From: Lentimicrobium sp.
GTDB taxonomy: Bacteria; Bacteroidota; Bacteroidia; Bacteroidales; Lentimicrobiaceae
NCBI RefSeq assembly: GCF_023957275.1
Contig: NZ_JAMLHF010000004.1
Reading direction: 5' to 3' (one strand)
Length of the DNA stretch: 64,000 nucleotides
This document shows positions 59,967-64,000 of the stretch, one piece after another; the stretch's first letter is position 1, and each line of letters opens with the position of its first letter. Below the pieces are notes generated by a model. That model did no database searches, was not told the DNA's origin, and was given only the letters and a program-made list of their open reading frames with translations. The translations under genes were made by a program, and so were the position numbers.

Positions 59967-59982
59967 TTGGCATAATCCTTGC
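59967..59982 (+). promoter_or_regulatory. sigma54-type -24/-12 element upstream of dnaK
   Basis: TTGGCATAATCCTTGC gives GG-N10-GC within TGGCA...TTGC, ending 45 nt before the dnaK ATG. Confidence 0.55.
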
Positions 59983-60027
59983 CAATTGCCACCAAAACAA
60001 AATTGACATTTTAAAATTTCAGATACA

Positions 60028-61938
60028 ATGGGTAAGATCATAGGAATTGACCTCGGTACCACCAATTCGTGTGTATCGGTAATGGAAGGAAATGAACCGG
60101 TAGTAATTCCCAACAGTGAGGGTCGCAGAACCACGCCTTCAATTGTGGCATTCACCGAAAACGGGGAACGCAAAGTAGGCGACCCTGCCAAGCGTCAGGC
60201 AATTACCAATCCACACCGTACTGTATTTTCCATTAAACGGTTTATGGGTGAAACATTCGACCGGGTTACCAAAGAAGTTGGCCGGGTTCCTTATAAGGTT
60301 ATCAAAGGAGACAACAATACCCCAAGGGTACAGATTGACGACCGCAACTACACCCCTCAGGAAATATCAGCAATGGTGTTGCAGAAGATGAAGAAAACCG
60401 CCGAAGATTACCTCGGGCAGTCAGTCACCGAAGCGGTGATTACCGTACCGGCATATTTCAGTGATTCTCAGCGTCAGGCAACCAAAGAGGCGGGTGAAAT
60501 TGCAGGACTTACTGTAAAACGTATTATCAATGAGCCTACAGCGGCTGCGCTTGCTTATGGTCTCGATAAGAAAAACAAGGATATAAAAGTTGCCGTGTTC
60601 GATCTTGGCGGAGGTACATTTGATATCTCTATCCTTGAACTCGGTGACGGCGTTTTTGAGGTAAAATCCACCAACGGGGATACCCACCTGGGCGGTGATG
60701 ACTTCGATCATAATATCATTGACTGGCTGGCAGAAGAGTTTAAAAACGACGAGGGCATTGATCTGCGTAAAGATCCCATGGCATTGCAGCGCCTGAAAGA
60801 GGCCGCTGAGAAAGCCAAGATTGAACTCTCAAGTTCTACATCTACCGAAATCAACCTGCCTTATATCATGCCGGTGGATGGAATTCCCAAGCACCTGGTG
60901 CGTACCCTCTCACGCTCGAAGTTTGAACAGCTTAATGACAAGCTGATCCGCTCCACCATTGATCCGTGCCGTCAGGCATTGAAGGATGCCGGCTTAACTA
61001 CCGCTGATATTGACGAGGTTATCCTGGTCGGTGGCTCAACCCGTATACCGGCTATTCAGAAAATTGTAGAGGATTTCTTCGGCAAGTCTCCTTCGAAAGG
61101 GGTGAACCCCGATGAAGTTGTTGCCATTGGCGCTGCCATTCAGGGCGGTGTTTTGACCGGAGAGGTTAAGGATGTGTTGTTGCTCGACGTAACCCCCTTG
61201 TCACTCGGTATTGAAACCCTGGGTGGTGTGATGACCCGCCTGATTGAATCCAACACAACCATTCCGACCAAGAAATCGGAGGTGTTCTCCACTGCCAGCG
61301 ATCATCAGCCTTCTGTAGAAATTCATATCCTCCAGGGTGAACGCCCGATGGCTCGCGATAACAAGAGCATAGGCCGGTTCCATCTGGATGGAATTCCTCC
61401 GGCACCCCGCGGTATCCCTCAGATTGAGGTTACTTTTGATATCGATGCCAATGGAATTCTGCATGTGTCTGCCAAAGATAAAGGGACAGGAAAATCTCAG
61501 CAGATCCGTATCGAAGCTTCATCGGGTCTCTCGGAAGACGAAATCAGGCGCATGAAGGATGAGGCTGCCGCCAATGCAGAAACCGACCGTAAAGCCAAGG
61601 AAGAGGTGGATAAGCTGAATAGCGCCGATGCCATGATATTCCAGACCGAAAAACAGCTGAAGGAATTTGGAGATAAACTGCCGGCTGAGAAAAAGGCTCC
61701 GATTGAAAAGGCGCTTGAAGAACTTAAGGAAGCGCACAAGAACCGGAATATTACCGGAATAGATGCTGCATTGGCTTCGTTGAACACAGCCTGGTCGGCT
61801 GCCAGCGAAGAAATGTATAAAGCAAGTCAGGCTTCCGGACAACCCGCCGGTGACCCCGCTTCAGCAGCCGGTGATGGTGGATCATCCAAAGGACCCGATC
61901 AGGAAGTTACCGATGTTGATTTTGAAGAAGTAAAGTAG
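60028..61938 (+). CDS. dnaK: Chaperone DnaK (Hsp70)
   Basis: [36 protein letters not shown] and LVGGSTRIP. Confidence 0.99.
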   Translation: MGKIIGIDLGTTNSCVSVMEGNEPVVIPNSEGRRTTPSIVAFTENGERKVGDPAKRQAITNPHRTVFSIKRFMGETFDRVTKEVGRVPYKVIKGDNNTPRVQIDDRNYTPQEISAMVLQKMKKTAEDYLGQSVTEAVITVPAYFSDSQRQATKEAGEIAGLTVKRIINEPTAAALAYGLDKKNKDIKVAVFDLGGGTFDISILELGDGVFEVKSTNGDTHLGGDDFDHNIIDWLAEEFKNDEGIDLRKDPMALQRLKEAAEKAKIELSSSTSTEINLPYIMPVDGIPKHLVRTLSRSKFEQLNDKLIRSTIDPCRQALKDAGLTTADIDEVILVGGSTRIPAIQKIVEDFFGKSPSKGVNPDEVVAIGAAIQGGVLTGEVKDVLLLDVTPLSLGIETLGGVMTRLIESNTTIPTKKSEVFSTASDHQPSVEIHILQGERPMARDNKSIGRFHLDGIPPAPRGIPQIEVTFDIDANGILHVSAKDKGTGKSQQIRIEASSGLSEDEIRRMKDEAAANAETDRKAKEEVDKLNSADAMIFQTEKQLKEFGDKLPAEKKAPIEKALEELKEAHKNRNITGIDAALASLNTAWSAASEEMYKASQASGQPAGDPASAAGDGGSSKGPDQEVTDVDFEEVK

Positions 61939-61979
61939 ATAGCTGTTGCAGAGTTTGATTTCTGCACGAAATTTGTATG

Positions 61980-62007
61980 AAAAGGTGGGTCCCCGGGCCC
62001 GCCTTTT
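61980..62007 (+). terminator. Intrinsic (possibly bidirectional) terminator after dnaK
   Basis: AAAAGGTGGG...CCCGCCTTTT stem. Confidence 0.75.
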
Positions 62008-62166
62008 CGCGTGTTGTTGGAATGCTGAAACGAAAACCTGAATTAGTCGGGGGATGTATAACCTGCTGACATTTTCCGGGCATAATTATGAGCTCGGTTG
62101 ATGTCCGTTTCAGCTTTTCTGAACTGGATGATTATTGTTACTTTTACCATCAGAAGTTGCCGCCTT

Positions 62167-63717
62167 ATGATAAAACCTCTTGTTTTTACTTTTCTCATCG
62201 CATGTCTGCTGCCGTTTAATCAACTGCTTATGGCGCAGGATAACAAGCCGGTGCGGATGGAAATCCCTGTAAAGGATGATTCGGATATCTACAAGGTTGT
62301 TCCATGCGGGCAGAACGGTCTTTCAATCATTTACCTCAGTTCTGATACCGATGAGCAACAGAACATGCTTTGGGTTGCAGCATTGCTTGATACAGACCTG
62401 AAGGAAACCTGGCGGAAATCCTTCCCTTTGCCTAAAGGATTTGTGTTGGAAGAGGCTTTGTATACCAACAATCGCCTGATATGCTTTCTTCATTCACCCA
62501 GGGGAGTGAATGAGGACAATTTCAGAATTATCGATATCCGGCTCGAAAACGGCGAACTGACAGAAACTACCCGGACAGTGCCTGAAAAGTCTGGGGTGGC
62601 TTATTTCAGCGCCGGTGAACAATTCGCGGTGGCAGGGATCAATATCCGGAATGAAGAATCTGTGATACTGGCATACAATTTCAATAATAGCCAGATTTCG
62701 GTGATCTCCCCGGGTGTTTCTGAAAATGTTGTCATTGAATCCATCAGCATAGATAAACCTACGGGCGTAATTTCAGCTGTGATAAGGACACTCGGTTCTG
62801 CCAGAAAAAGAGCGTATTATCTGGTTAAATCCCACTCCAATGGACAGATTATTTCCAACCTGCAATTAAGCAAATTTGATGACAACAGGATGATTAATAC
62901 AGCATTTGCCTACAGGGTTGACGGGAACACAGATTTGATCATAGGTTCTTACGGGCGCAGCAGCAGGGCCCGGACCATTGAAGGTATAGAGTCGGTAGGG
63001 GTGGCTTCTACCGGCTTCTTTTCCGTAGTAATCCGTAATAACACTGAAGAAAATGCCAATTTTTATGAATTTACCGATTTCGGAAATTTCTTCAGGTATC
63101 TGCGCCGCCCATCTGACCTGAATATCAGGAGGGGTAACAACCGTAATGAACGGGGAAGGGATTATTCAATGGATCATGATATTCTTGCCCATGAAGTTTT
63201 CCGCTGGAAGGATCAGTACGTTTTTATTGCAGAGGCTTATTATCCCGAATACAGAAGTGTTACTACCATGGTTTACGATTACTACGGGCGTCCTTACCCT
63301 TCTACCTATTCTGTATTTGAAGGATTCAGATACCTGACTACATTTATCGCAGGCTTCGATCAGACAGGTAACCTGTTGTGGAATAATGACCTGGAATTGC
63401 GAAACATTCTTTCTCAAAAGCTGAAACGCAGGGTGCTGGCATGGGAGGATACTGAAGGTTTGGTGTTGGCCTATGTAAATGATGGAAAGATTACTTCGAA
63501 GTTAATTGACCAGGATAAGACGATCGAAAGCCCTGTAAGTTCTGATATTGAATCACTCAGCCCGCGCGACAGGATCTTTGATGATGCAAACAGCAGTATC
63601 GAACAATGGTACAACAACTATTTCGTTGTCTATGGTTATCAGAATATCCGCAACAGCTATGTAAGCAGCCGCAGCAATAAAAATGTTTTTTATATCAATA
63701 AGATGGCATACTATTGA
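62167..63717 (+). CDS. Exported hypothetical protein, beta-strand rich (propeller-like)
   Basis: Signal peptide MIKPLVFTFLIACLLPFNQLLMAQ and a long open frame; ATG 62167 preferred. Confidence 0.75.
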   Translation: MIKPLVFTFLIACLLPFNQLLMAQDNKPVRMEIPVKDDSDIYKVVPCGQNGLSIIYLSSDTDEQQNMLWVAALLDTDLKETWRKSFPLPKGFVLEEALYTNNRLICFLHSPRGVNEDNFRIIDIRLENGELTETTRTVPEKSGVAYFSAGEQFAVAGINIRNEESVILAYNFNNSQISVISPGVSENVVIESISIDKPTGVISAVIRTLGSARKRAYYLVKSHSNGQIISNLQLSKFDDNRMINTAFAYRVDGNTDLIIGSYGRSSRARTIEGIESVGVASTGFFSVVIRNNTEENANFYEFTDFGNFFRYLRRPSDLNIRRGNNRNERGRDYSMDHDILAHEVFRWKDQYVFIAEAYYPEYRSVTTMVYDYYGRPYPSTYSVFEGFRYLTTFIAGFDQTGNLLWNNDLELRNILSQKLKRRVLAWEDTEGLVLAYVNDGKITSKLIDQDKTIESPVSSDIESLSPRDRIFDDANSSIEQWYNNYFVVYGYQNIRNSYVSSRSNKNVFYINKMAYY

Positions 63718-63944
63718 TGATTGGGCCGTTTGCTGTTGTAATAGTTAAATATGCTGACCGGTAATAGTTTCTCCATTCACTGTAACTTCAGCAGGATATT
63801 CCCTTTTAATTTTAGTTGTTGCCGGCAGGATTTTTCTTCAGACGGGATAATCCTGATCACTTATGTAAAGTAGCTAATCCGGCCCGGATGATATCTTTAC
63901 TGTTTAATACATTTTGACAACTCCGGTGCAACAGAGGACTGGCA

Positions 63945-64000
63945 TCACCGGACCCAGGCCTTCAAATACTTTTTGTTTCGACTTTTTGAGACTGCATCAT
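63945..64000 (-). CDS. Possible C-terminal end of a gene entering from the right edge
   Basis: Only 17 open codons (DAVSKSRNKKYLKAWVR) before TGA, plus a hairpin overlapping the stop; weak. Confidence 0.25.
   Translation of the reverse strand, partial: DAVSKSRNKKYLKAWVR

Noticed and set aside
60028-61938. dnaK without adjacent grpE/dnaJ/hrcA
   Set aside because: A stand-alone dnaK is common in Bacteroidota.

Overview
This is a gene-dense chromosomal segment of an anaerobic Bacteroidota bacterium, probably Bacteroidales. The evidence is TAnnTTTG promoter elements, the rnfBCDGEA gene order, a T9SS C-terminal sorting domain and a short ObgE. It holds about 48 CDS. Energy and redox genes are hydF, an aspartase-like gene, rseC and a full Rnf operon. 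Glycoside hydrolases are GH5-CBM-T9SS, GH25 and two GH13. Other recognisable genes are purC, purE, hpt, obgE, panB, rluA, dnaK, glutaminase and a pstSCAB operon with a porin and a NarL-type two-component pair. I found no rRNA, tRNA, CRISPR array, integrase, transposase or reverse transcriptase, and no single self-contained novel system can be demonstrated from the sequence alone. The most notable observations are: (1) a cNMP-domain/aspartase fusion; (2) a receiver-receiver-ATP-grasp protein divergent from glutaminase; (3) a tandem adenylate kinase whose second domain has lost key acidic residues; (4) a non-PhoBR sensor pair with candidate operator repeats in front of the porin-pst operon; (5) two inverted copies of a modular REP-like element about 15 kb apart; (6) a left-edge gene with an abrupt in-frame codon-usage switch; (7) a rod-like ncRNA candidate near panB; (8) a sigma54-type promoter before dnaK. 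All product calls come from motif recognition by eye; no database search was run.
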